DNA of 64,000 nucleotides from Candidatus Levyibacteriota bacterium. GTDB lineage: Bacteria > Patescibacteriota > Microgenomatia > Levybacterales > UBA12049. Position 1 is the first letter of the stretch, and every line of letters begins with the position of its first letter. The position numbers and the translations under genes are program-made. Of this stretch, positions 16,782 to 25,750 are shown in pieces. The notes under the pieces were generated by a model that was not told the origin of the DNA, searched no databases, and saw nothing but the letters and a program-made list of their open reading frames with translations. The stretch lies in contig JACPLF010000007.1 of NCBI GenBank assembly GCA_016186645.1, positions 126,651 through 190,650 on the forward strand, given 5' to 3'.

Positions 16782-18677
16782 TTACAACATTATACTATGG
16801 ATCAAGACTTTCTAAAAGACTTAAATCAGGAACAACAAAAAGCAGTTTTGCAGACTGATGGTCCGGTAATCATTCTGGCAGGAGCAGGATCTGGAAAAAC
16901 AAGAGTGTTAACGTATAAAGTCATGTATTTAATACAAGATATGAAAATTGATCCCTTCAATATTCTAATGGTAACCTTTACCAATAAAGCTGCTAATGAA
17001 ATGAAAGAACGTGTCCAAAAAATGGGTGCAATTCCGACCGTTGCTACTTTTCATTCTTTATGCGCCAAAATTCTGAGGATTGAAGGAAAACATATAAACC
17101 TTCCTTCGCAATTCGCAATATATGATACGCAAGATAGTCTGGAGGCTATAAAAGAAGCAATGAAAAGGCTGAATATTTCTATAAAAGATTACAAACCGTC
17201 CTCTATTCTGGCGAATATATCGCAGGCAAAAAATGAACTTATCAATGATTCCGAATATTTAAAATATGCAAGAGGGAATTTCCAGGAAAAAGTTGCAAAG
17301 ATTTATCCTGTGTATCAAAAAATTTTAGCAGAAAACCATGCTCTTGATTTTGACGATCTTCTTTCTAAAACCGTGTTATTGTTTGAAGAAAATTTAACAA
17401 TTCTTGAAAAATATCAAGATCGTTTTCGTTATATCTTGATAGATGAGTACCAGGATACAAATCGAGCCCAATATATCTTGACTAAAAAATTAGCCAAAAA
17501 GTGGAATAATGTGTGTATTGTTGGAGATTTTTCCCAAAGCATATATAGCTGGAGAGGTGCGGATTTTACCAATCTATCCCGTTTCAAGGAGGATTTTAAA
17601 AATACAAAAACTTTTTCTCTTTCCCAAAACTATCGATCTACACAAAAAATTTTGGATAGCGCCTCATCGGTAATATCCAAAAATACAACTCACCCAGTAT
17701 TAAATCTTTGGACGGAAAATCCGAACGGTGATGAAGTTGTTATTTTTGAAGCACAAAATGAGCAGCAAGAAATAGAATTCGTAGTAAATACAATAGGAGA
17801 ATTTAGACTACAAGAAAAGAAAGATTTTAAATTTTCCAATAATGCTGTCCTGTATAGGACTAACGCTCAATCGCGAGTTTTGGAAGAAGTTTTTTTACAT
17901 AATAGTATTCCGTATGTCCTAATTGGGGGTACACGGTTCTACGAAAGAAAAGAAATAAAAGACGTACTCGCTTATTTGAGAGCATTGGATAACAAAAAGG
18001 ATAAGATATCTTTAAAGCGCATTGAAAAAATTGGAAAAAGAAAAATGGAGAAATTTCTAGAATTTCAAGAGAAAGTAAACGTCACTCTGGGGAGGTCGAC
18101 GCTTCGACCGACTCCAAAATCCGATTCTGGACAAGCCAGAATGACAACATTAGAACTTCTGGACAAAGTGCTAAATGTAACCGATTACCTATCTTTATAT
18201 GATGACCGTGACGAAGAAGATAGACAAAGACTGGAAAATATTAAGGAACTTCGTTCTGTAGCTTTTGAATTTTCCGATCTTACTAATTTTTTAGAAAATG
18301 TCTCCCTTGTTGAACAAGAATATATGCCGGATCCTTCGGCAAGCTCAGGACAAGCAAAGAAAGATGCTGTAACTCTTATGACACTACATGCAGCTAAAGG
18401 TCTTGAATTCCCATACGTATTTATGATCGGCATGGAAGAAGGACTTTTTCCACACTCTCGCTCATTAATGGAGAAGAATGAACTTGAGGAAGAAAGAAGA
18501 CTCTGCTATGTAGGAATGACTAGGGCTCGGAAAAGGCTCTTTTTAACCTATGCTAGAAGAAGAATATTCTTTGGTCAAAAAATTTCAAATATCGTTTCCA
18601 GATTTATTTTGGAACTTCCTGAAAATGTAATTGAACAAAATATTTCCTTAACTAACAATTATGAAAGCCTTAACTAA
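16773..18677 (+). CDS. uvrD: ATP-dependent DNA helicase UvrD/PcrA
   Basis: Walker A LAGAGSGKTRVLT, DEYQDTN, helicase motifs throughout; 634 aa; contains two in-frame hairpin-repeat insertions. Confidence 0.85.
   Translation: MVQLQHYTMDQDFLKDLNQEQQKAVLQTDGPVIILAGAGSGKTRVLTYKVMYLIQDMKIDPFNILMVTFTNKAANEMKERVQKMGAIPTVATFHSLCAKILRIEGKHINLPSQFAIYDTQDSLEAIKEAMKRLNISIKDYKPSSILANISQAKNELINDSEYLKYARGNFQEKVAKIYPVYQKILAENHALDFDDLLSKTVLLFEENLTILEKYQDRFRYILIDEYQDTNRAQYILTKKLAKKWNNVCIVGDFSQSIYSWRGADFTNLSRFKEDFKNTKTFSLSQNYRSTQKILDSASSVISKNTTHPVLNLWTENPNGDEVVIFEAQNEQQEIEFVVNTIGEFRLQEKKDFKFSNNAVLYRTNAQSRVLEEVFLHNSIPYVLIGGTRFYERKEIKDVLAYLRALDNKKDKISLKRIEKIGKRKMEKFLEFQEKVNVTLGRSTLRPTPKSDSGQARMTTLELLDKVLNVTDYLSLYDDRDEEDRQRLENIKELRSVAFEFSDLTNFLENVSLVEQEYMPDPSASSGQAKKDAVTLMTLHAAKGLEFPYVFMIGMEEGLFPHSRSLMEKNELEEERRLCYVGMTRARKRLFLTYARRRIFFGQKISNIVSRFILELPENVIEQNISLTNNYESLN
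18086..18146. repeat. hairpin repeat element family A (ggtcgacgcttcgacc + gattctggacaagccagaatgaca) in-frame in uvrD
   Basis: Near-identical to 54802-54858 in guaA (shared gactccRaaatcgattctggacaagccagaatgacaa); two stem-loops; encodes GRSTLRPTPKSDSGQARMTT. Confidence 0.7.
18329..18356. repeat. repeat element family B (ggatccttcggcaagctcaggacaagca) in-frame in uvrD
   Basis: 29-nt near match, about 3 mismatches, to the dnaG copy at 50347-50376 in reverse orientation; encodes PDPSASSGQAKK. Confidence 0.6.
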
Positions 18678-19662
18678 TCACCCATTACAATCTGCTGCGT
18701 GGGGTGAATTTAGAAAAAAAACTGGAATAAAAGTAATAAAAATTAATAGAACCCAAATAACAATTCACAAGGTTCCTCACACACCCTGGACAATTGGCTA
18801 TGTCCCAAAAGGTCCGCTTCCAGACAAAGAAATGATTTCAGAACTTAAGAGAATCGGGAGAGAGAAAAAATGTGTGTTTATTCAGCTGGAACCAAATGTA
18901 TTAATTGAAAATTCTAAATTGAAAATTGAAAATTTAGGTCTTAAGCCAGCCGCTCATCCTTTGTTTACAAAATATACTTTTGTGTTGGATTTAACAAAGT
19001 CCGAAGTGGAATTGCTGAAAGAAATGCATCCAAAGACTAGATACAACATAAAAGTAGCGCTCAAACACGGTGTTAAAATTGTTCAGGATAATTCGAATGA
19101 AGCTTTTGAAACCTATTTAAAATTGACAGAAGAGACAACAAGAAGACAAGGTTTTTATGCGCATACAGAAAAATACCATAGGCTAATGTGGGAAACATTA
19201 AAAAATGAAAAATTAAAAATGAAAAATGAAAAATTGGATACTGATAAACTTACTGCTCATCTCTTATTGGCTAAGTATAGTCCAAACTCTCAACTCTCAA
19301 CTTTCAATTCTCAACTCGTTCTGGCTGCTTGGATTTTGTTTGTTTATAAAGATACCCTTTATTATCCATATGGCGCATCAAGCAGTTTACATCGGGAAAC
19401 AATGGCATCAAATCTAATAATGTGGGAAGCAATAAAGTTTGGAAAAGAATTAGGTCTTAAAAAATTTGACATGTGGGGAGCCTTAGGGCATGATCCTTCT
19501 ACAAATGACCCTTGGTATGGATTCCACAAATTCAAACAAGGATATGGGCCAAAACTTACTGAATTTGTTGGAAGTTTCGATCTGGTAATAAATCCGTTTT
19601 TTTATGAGATGTATAAAATAGCAGACAAAATTAGGTGGGCACTTCTGAAAATTAAAAAATGA
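18661..19662 (+). CDS. FemAB-family peptidyltransferase (peptidoglycan interpeptide bridge formation)
   Basis: 333 aa, FemABX/GNAT-like fold signatures (...YYPYGASSS...MWEAIKFGKELGLKKFDMWG); carries three in-frame simple tandem repeats. Confidence 0.55.
   Translation: MKALTNHPLQSAAWGEFRKKTGIKVIKINRTQITIHKVPHTPWTIGYVPKGPLPDKEMISELKRIGREKKCVFIQLEPNVLIENSKLKIENLGLKPAAHPLFTKYTFVLDLTKSEVELLKEMHPKTRYNIKVALKHGVKIVQDNSNEAFETYLKLTEETTRRQGFYAHTEKYHRLMWETLKNEKLKMKNEKLDTDKLTAHLLLAKYSPNSQLSTFNSQLVLAAWILFVYKDTLYYPYGASSSLHRETMASNLIMWEAIKFGKELGLKKFDMWGALGHDPSTNDPWYGFHKFKQGYGPKLTEFVGSFDLVINPFFYEMYKIADKIRWALLKIKK
19201..19235. repeat. (gaaaaat)n tandem repeat in-frame in FemAB gene
   Basis: aaaaatgaaaaattaaaaatgaaaaatgaaaaatt encodes KNEKLKMKNEKL; related (ttgaaaa)n tracts at 18916-18935 and 33526-33562 and in intergenic DNA at 45826-45856 and 53825-53856. 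Confidence 0.65.
19286..19317. repeat. (ctctcaa)n tandem repeat in-frame in FemAB gene
   Basis: aactctcaactctcaactttcaattctcaactc encodes NSQLSTFNSQLV. Confidence 0.65.
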
Positions 19663-21023
19663 AAAAGCTTATTCCTCTTGCCCTTTTTATATTATTTTTT
19701 CTTTTATTAAAAGTGGACAGCAATTCCATAAGATTATCCGATACGAATATCTATTTCAATATTGCATACCAAATCTTCAATGGAAAATTATTGTATAAAG
19801 ACATTTTTTTCTCTAATTTTCCCTTTTTTTCATATGTATCTTCTTTATATTATTTAATAACGGGAAAAAATATAGAACTTTTTTATTTTACTTCTTCTTT
19901 GGAAATTGCGATAATTACAACTTTTATATATCTGGTAGTTTACAAAAAAACAAAAGATTATATTATCTCAATAATTAGTGTAGTCTTATATATTTTTTCT
20001 TTTATTGTGCTGTCTACATCCGATCACCAAACAGGAATTTTTACGGCATCCTTATTTGCAATATTGGGATTTTATTTTCTAAAGGAAAAAGCGTTATTGT
20101 CCGGAGTCTTCCTTGCAGCATCATTTTTAACCAAAGCATATTTTCTCCCCATAGTCCTTGCTTTTTATGGCTATCTCCTTCTACAAAAAGACAAAGAGAA
20201 AATAATTAAATTTAGTATTGGATTTATTTTAGTATCGTTATTTATTCTATTGCCTTTTTTACTGCTTGCTCCAAAAGAATTTCTCTCCGATATTTTTGGC
20301 TTTTCTCTTACCCGCCCGGTAGGTCTCTCAAAATTAAATATTATGTGGTTTTTTATAACAAAAGATTTTCTGCTTTTTATTCTGTTGATCTTTAACCTAT
20401 TAAATATTAGAAAAAATATTTTATTTGGCATAATGTCTATGTTCTCCATAATTTTCTTCTTTGGATACCAAGATATATATTATCTATATCTAAATTTTTT
20501 ACCACCATTCCTTTGTATTTCCCTCTATGAATTTGTTTTCTTTTTAAAAAATAAGTTTAATCTTCAAAAACTAGTTATCCCAACCATAATTTCTTTTTTT
20601 ATTTTGCTTAACCTATTTACTTATGTTTCCTCCTATCGAAATCTAGGAAAAATCGAAGATGTAAGCAAAATCACGGAAATAATAAAGAAAGAGAAACCTG
20701 ATTATTTGTATGGCGTTAATGACATTACTCCGGCATTAATAGCTATTACGAAAATTCCTGCATTAGAAAATGTTAATGATGCGCATGAATATTTTTTTAC
20801 AAGAGGAGTCTATGATAAAAATATATTAACAGATAAAGCAATTAAAACTAAAACAATAATTGTTACTCATGGAGCAGATTATCCGGACTACGATATTAAA
20901 CAAGACATTTTAGACAACATTTTTGTAAAAGAGGCCATTTATAAAAATTGCAAAAAAATTTTAAGTGTTCCTGCGATATCCGAAGGAGACGCTAATAGGA
21001 TAAATTTATTTAAGTGTTATTAA
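19659..21023 (+). CDS. polytopic membrane protein, probable GT-C glycosyltransferase (ArnT/PMT-like)
   Basis: 454 aa, at least 10 TM helices, C-terminal soluble domain; same architecture as other GT-C genes in the window. Confidence 0.4.
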   Translation: MKKLIPLALFILFFLLLKVDSNSIRLSDTNIYFNIAYQIFNGKLLYKDIFFSNFPFFSYVSSLYYLITGKNIELFYFTSSLEIAIITTFIYLVVYKKTKDYIISIISVVLYIFSFIVLSTSDHQTGIFTASLFAILGFYFLKEKALLSGVFLAASFLTKAYFLPIVLAFYGYLLLQKDKEKIIKFSIGFILVSLFILLPFLLLAPKEFLSDIFGFSLTRPVGLSKLNIMWFFITKDFLLFILLIFNLLNIRKNILFGIMSMFSIIFFFGYQDIYYLYLNFLPPFLCISLYEFVFFLKNKFNLQKLVIPTIISFFILLNLFTYVSSYRNLGKIEDVSKITEIIKKEKPDYLYGVNDITPALIAITKIPALENVNDAHEYFFTRGVYDKNILTDKAIKTKTIIVTHGADYPDYDIKQDILDNIFVKEAIYKNCKKILSVPAISEGDANRINLFKCY

Positions 21024-21546
21024 TTTTGTATAAATATATATTGTTTGCCCTGTCGTAAGAAGAAAGCGGTAAGCTAATTTTGTATCTGTAGCTTACAACT
21101 CGCGTTCCAGGCTTTAATTCTTTCAAAAATTTTGGTTTTAATCTTTCCAGCGCTTTTGGCACCAGATAAACAAATATTACAGTAGCATTGGAAAGATCAA
21201 CATTAAAAAAATTCTTTTTTTTAATTATTATTTTATCCCGCACTTTAGCGCTATGTAGCGCTAAAGTAGATATAACTGCTCGTAATGGATCTATTTCTAT
21301 CCCAACTCCCCTTGCACCAAACTCTTTTGCTGCTATGAGGAGTAAGGTTCCTGTTCCCGATCCCAGATCATAAATGACATCCTTTTTACTTATTTTCGCC
21401 AGACGGCACATCGCGCGGGCCGTCCTTTTATTGGTTCTCCACCATGGCGCCCAAGGGCTGTCTGGTGGCCAAAACATAGATAAGAGTAAAAGAAGAAAAA
21501 AAATAATTATAAGCAAGATAATATTTATAGACCACCACAAAAACAT
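21010..21546 (-). CDS. class I SAM-dependent methyltransferase with N-terminal TM
   Basis: VIYDLGSGTGTLLLIAAKEFGARGVGIEID SAM-binding motif I. Confidence 0.7.
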   Translation of the reverse strand: MFLWWSINIILLIIIFFLLLLLSMFWPPDSPWAPWWRTNKRTARAMCRLAKISKKDVIYDLGSGTGTLLLIAAKEFGARGVGIEIDPLRAVISTLALHSAKVRDKIIIKKKNFFNVDLSNATVIFVYLVPKALERLKPKFLKELKPGTRVVSYRYKISLPLSSYDRANNIYLYKINNT

Positions 21547-21549
21547 ATT

Positions 21550-21837
21550 TTAGATTTTAAATATTACTTTTCCAACAATTTCTTTTTTAGAAACCCAACC
21601 GATTTCCAAACTATCCTTATCATTATCTCCCCTTACAAAATAACTTTCTGTACCAGCTGATGGATTTGCTTGAAGGATTCTCTTGATCAATATTTTTTTA
21701 TTTTTTTTCAATGCTATTATATCTCCAACTTTAGGTTTGAAAATTAAAAAAGGAATACTGCTTACTAATACCTTATCGCCCATAGATATAGTTGGTTCCA
21801 TACTATGGCCAACAATCTTAAAACTAGAAAGAAGCAT
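21550..21837 (-). CDS. sodX: Ni-SOD maturation peptidase SodX (S26 signal-peptidase-like)
   Basis: GHSMEPTI (catalytic Ser motif of S24/S26) and KR general base; sits immediately downstream of sodN, as in characterised sodN-sodX operons. Confidence 0.65.
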   Translation of the reverse strand: MLLSSFKIVGHSMEPTISMGDKVLVSSIPFLIFKPKVGDIIALKKNKKILIKRILQANPSAGTESYFVRGDNDKDSLEIGWVSKKEIVGKVIFKI

Positions 21838-22325
21838 TATTTATAAACAACAATTTCTCGCTGCGTTGGATAAGGGGACTTTACGCGAATAGGAACAAGG
21901 TTCTTTGTTTTATAAAATATTTCAGAAATCTTTAAAACCGTCTCAAGTAACTGCTCTGCCGATGCCATATCTATAGTCTGGCGTGTTTTGGCTGAAAGTT
22001 TTACTGCGCTTGCAATTAACTCTTTCAATTTAGGGTATTCCTTAAAATGCTCTTCCTTAAAATAATCATTTTCTAATGTCCCCAGTTCCTCCTCAATCAT
22101 ATTGCCATGATCATCTTTCACATGAGTGATCCTTGCAACATCATGCTCTGCTTTTGTTTCATCTACTCTTTTTAACTCGCTTAGTAATTGGGTCATACGT
22201 ATAACGGTATGAGCTCCAACTTGTGCAGCATGAGGATCGTAAATACCACAGGGGATATCGCAGTGGGCATAAGCTATCTGCGTTGGAAGAATCCTGGAAA
22301 TTGCAATAAACAAGCTTGCCATCAT
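21837..22325 (-). CDS. sodN: nickel superoxide dismutase precursor SodN
   Basis: 20-aa propeptide then HCDIPCGIYDP, the Ni-hook motif His-Cys-x-x-Pro-Cys-Gly-x-Tyr that becomes the mature N-terminus. Confidence 0.85.
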   Translation of the reverse strand: MMASLFIAISRILPTQIAYAHCDIPCGIYDPHAAQVGAHTVIRMTQLLSELKRVDETKAEHDVARITHVKDDHGNMIEEELGTLENDYFKEEHFKEYPKLKELIASAVKLSAKTRQTIDMASAEQLLETVLKISEIFYKTKNLVPIRVKSPYPTQREIVVYK

Positions 22326-22380
22326 AATAAAGCCAATATAATCCTTTTGAAAATATCTGTCAATAAGTCAACATACAGTT

Positions 22381-23466
22381 TTAAATATTAAGGTCTTTTT
22401 CAAACCTTATAAATCGTTTTATTGCTTTAAATAAAGGCAAAATTTCGAGAAGATACTTAAAAAGAATAAGCTGCTGAAGAATGTATGCAAAGATACCCGA
22501 TATATGAAATCTACCCATGGCAAAAGTTGCAAAATGACTACCTAAAGGAACTAAGTATCCTGTATTATGATACGTATAAGCTGAAAGTGGCCTTCCTTCA
22601 ATCTGTCTTAAAATATTTTCTGAAGATATTTTCCCCATGGTTATGGCGCGACGAGCCATGCCTGGACTTATAACGTCTCCTGCGGCAAAAATATTTTTAT
22701 CGTCAGTCAGTTGAAGGCTGTCATTAACCTCAATTTTACCTAAAAGATCATTTGGCTTAACTCCACCTGTCCAAATAAAAACATCATAAGGAAATATTTT
22801 ACCTTTTTCCGATTCAATCGATTCCTTTGAAGCTTTTTTTATATGCTCTCCCAATATTAAACGGACATTTGCTTTTTCTAACCTTTTTTTAGCAAGTTCT
22901 GAGCTTGATCCGCCTATTTCTTTTAATAAAATATGTGATCCTTGAATAAGAGTTATATCCATATAGCTTTTGTGGGTCGAAAGCTCACAGGCAATTTCTG
23001 TTCCTGAAAATCCTCCTCCTCCAACGACTACTTTTTTTGCGTTTTTTAAAGCATTTTTAATTTGTACTGCATTCTGAAGAGTTTTTAGCGGAATCGAGTA
23101 TTCTTTGATTCCTGGAATTCCGAAATCAGCTGTATCGCTACCTAGCGCAAAAATTAAATAATCGTATATAAATACTGTCCCACCATCTAATAAAACCTTT
23201 TTATTCTTGACGTCTATCTTCTCAACATTTCCCTGCTTAAACTCAATATCATTACCGAATATTTCCTTGAATGGAATAGTTACATTTCTTTGTGGTTCTT
23301 CCGCGGCAGCAAGTTCATATAAGGATGGCGAGAATGTATGGAAACTATTGCGATCAACCAGGGTTACTTTTATATCTTTTAAATTCCTGCTTTTAAAAAT
23401 CAAACCAGCCTTTACTCCAGCAAAACCTCCACCCAAAATAACTATATTTAGCATATCTGTATTCAC
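22381..23466 (-). CDS. ndh: type II NADH:quinone oxidoreductase (NDH-2) / FAD-dependent pyridine nucleotide-disulfide oxidoreductase
   Basis: IVILGGGFAGVKAG FAD motif; second dinucleotide motif VVGGGGFSGTE; 361 aa. Confidence 0.75.
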   Translation of the reverse strand: MNTDMLNIVILGGGFAGVKAGLIFKSRNLKDIKVTLVDRNSFHTFSPSLYELAAAEEPQRNVTIPFKEIFGNDIEFKQGNVEKIDVKNKKVLLDGGTVFIYDYLIFALGSDTADFGIPGIKEYSIPLKTLQNAVQIKNALKNAKKVVVGGGGFSGTEIACELSTHKSYMDITLIQGSHILLKEIGGSSSELAKKRLEKANVRLILGEHIKKASKESIESEKGKIFPYDVFIWTGGVKPNDLLGKIEVNDSLQLTDDKNIFAAGDVISPGMARRAITMGKISSENILRQIEGRPLSAYTYHNTGYLVPLGSHFATFAMGRFHISGIFAYILQQLILFKYLLEILPLFKAIKRFIRFEKDLNI

Positions 23467-23498
23467 CTATCTTATCTATTCCATAAACTTTTCTCAAG

Positions 23499-23906
23499 GT
23501 GTATACTGAATATATGAGCCTACCTTTCCCTCGCTTTGCTATTTTTGTAATATATTTCTGGTTTGGATTTTTAAAGTTAATAGATTCAAGTCCTGCTAAT
23601 CCTTTGGTTGAATCATTGCTAAATAAGACTTTGCCTTTTATTAGTTTTAGCCAATTCATAATATTCTTAGGACTTTGGGAGATGATTATAGGGACAATTT
23701 TTTTGATCCCCAAATTAGAAAGGGTCGCGATTACTATTCTTGTTTTGCATATGGCAACAACGTTTATGCCATTGTTTATACTCCCGTCCATCGCTTGGAC
23801 TGGTTTCTTGGTTCCTACCCTTGAAGGTCAGTATATGATAAAAAACATAATTACTCTGGCACTTGCTGTCAATATAGTTTCCCAAGCAAAATCAAATAAT
23901 AAATAA
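23499..23906 (+). CDS. small integral membrane protein (DoxX-like?)
   Basis: 135 aa, 4 predicted TM helices. Confidence 0.35.
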   Translation: MYTEYMSLPFPRFAIFVIYFWFGFLKLIDSSPANPLVESLLNKTLPFISFSQFIIFLGLWEMIIGTIFLIPKLERVAITILVLHMATTFMPLFILPSIAWTGFLVPTLEGQYMIKNIITLALAVNIVSQAKSNNK

Positions 23907-23907
23907 T

Positions 23908-24846
23908 ATGACGCCTCAGACTTTTGATGTTGTATGTATTGGTAATGCAAAAATCGATACCTTTCTGACTTTGCATGAGGCAAATCAACATCTACGATTA
24001 ATTGAAAAGACTAATGAGCTTTGCATTAAGTTTGGCGATAAAATAACGGTTGATAAAGCAGAAATTTTGGTTGGCGGAAACGCCGCAAATGTTGCAGTAG
24101 GTACTTCCCGGCTTGGATTACATACTGGAATCGTTGCAGAAATAGGAAAAGACGAATTTGCTCAGAAAATAATAAATACTCTATCCTTTGAAAAAGTTGA
24201 CACATCTAACGTAAGACAAACAGAAGGACAACAATCTTCTTTTTCGGTAATTTTAAATTTTAAAAAAGAGAGAACTATTTTTTCAGAACACGTAAAAAGA
24301 TCGCATAATTTTGAATTTGGAAATATCACGACGAAATGGGTCTATCTGACTTCTCTTGGAAATGAGTGGAAAAATGCATATAATAAAACTGTAGATTTTA
24401 TCAAAAAATCTAAAGTGCGTCTTGCTTTTAATCCTGGAACATTGCAAATTCAAAGTGGAAGAAACAATATAGAAAATGTATTGCTCGCTACAGATGTTCT
24501 TTTTGTAAACAAAGAGGAAGGAGAAGCTTTGTTAGGACATACGCAAGGACGACAAAGCATTGAGGATATCGCTTCAAATTTACAGAAATTTGGACCAAGA
24601 GTCGTAATAATAACAGATGGGGAAAATGGCTCTTTTGCAATCGATGACAAAGGAAATATTTCAAAAAAAGGAGCTATTGAAACACAGGTCGTAGAAAAAA
24701 CCGGAGCAGGAGATGCATATTCATCAGGCTTTCTTTCTGCCTTAATAAACAATAAGCCTATTCCCGAAGCTATGGAATGGGGGACAAAAAATTCTGCATC
24801 CGTAATTGGAAAAGTTGGTGCCCAAGCCGGACTTCTATATGTTTAA
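23908..24846 (+). CDS. PfkB-family carbohydrate kinase (ribokinase-like)
   Basis: N-terminal VVCIGNAKIDTF; GG motif; C-terminal TGAGDAYSSGF (PfkB signature 2). Confidence 0.75.
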   Translation: MTPQTFDVVCIGNAKIDTFLTLHEANQHLRLIEKTNELCIKFGDKITVDKAEILVGGNAANVAVGTSRLGLHTGIVAEIGKDEFAQKIINTLSFEKVDTSNVRQTEGQQSSFSVILNFKKERTIFSEHVKRSHNFEFGNITTKWVYLTSLGNEWKNAYNKTVDFIKKSKVRLAFNPGTLQIQSGRNNIENVLLATDVLFVNKEEGEALLGHTQGRQSIEDIASNLQKFGPRVVIITDGENGSFAIDDKGNISKKGAIETQVVEKTGAGDAYSSGFLSALINNKPIPEAMEWGTKNSASVIGKVGAQAGLLYV

Positions 24847-25750
24847 TACTTTGGGTTATAAAAAAAATCTTTTCATACTCCCTTTTGATCACCGGTCTTC
24901 TTTTGCTAAATTGTTCGGATTTACAAATCCCGAGTTGAGTAGTGACGAAAAAAATATTATTACTTCTGCAAAAGAAACCATTTTCATGGCTTTTGAAAAG
25001 GCGTTATTGAAAGGAGTACCAAAAGAACTGGGAGCGATTCTGATCGACGAGGAATATGGAGACAAAATTATCCGTGATGCGATAGGCAAAAAATATAACG
25101 TTATTCTTACCACAGAAAAAAGCGGACAAAAAGAATTTACTTTTGAATATGGAGATGAATTTGGCAAACACATAGAAAAATATAAACCCACATTTGTAAA
25201 AGCCCTCGTTCATTACAACCCAAATGATGATCCTTTATCTAAAATGCGTCAGCAGCAAAAATTGGAAGTATTAAGTAATTACTGTCATCAAAATTCTTAT
25301 AAATTTCTGTTTGAGATTCTTGTTCCGCCAACAGAATCACAACTTAGAAATGTTAGCGGAAATATTCAAAGGTATGATACTGAGGTAAGACCAAATCTGA
25401 CTGCAAAAGCAATAGAAGAATTACAAAATGTAAATGTTAAGCCGGATATTTGGAAGATCGAAGGGATGGAAGAAGAAGATAGCTATAAAATTGTTTCCTT
25501 GCAAGTACAAAAAGGTGGGGACAATGTTGGAATTGTTATTTTGGGACGTGCCGAAAACCAAGATAAAGTTGAGCAGTGGATAAAGGCTGGTAACAAAATC
25601 AAAGGAGTGGTAGGATTTGCTGTTGGAAGAACAGTGTTTTGGGAGCCTCTTACCCAATACAAAAATGGTACTATAGACAGAGATACGACTATAGAGCAAA
25701 TTAGTAATAATTTTTTGCATTTCTATAATATTTTTACAAATAAAGAATAA
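24838..25750 (+). CDS. class I aldolase-like protein (LacD/DUF2090-like), co-operonic with PfkB kinase
   Basis: Likely start at the ATG at 24838 (MFNTLGYKK...), overlapping the kinase stop; ILPFDHRSSF resembles the LacD/DUF2090 motif. Weak. Confidence 0.35.
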
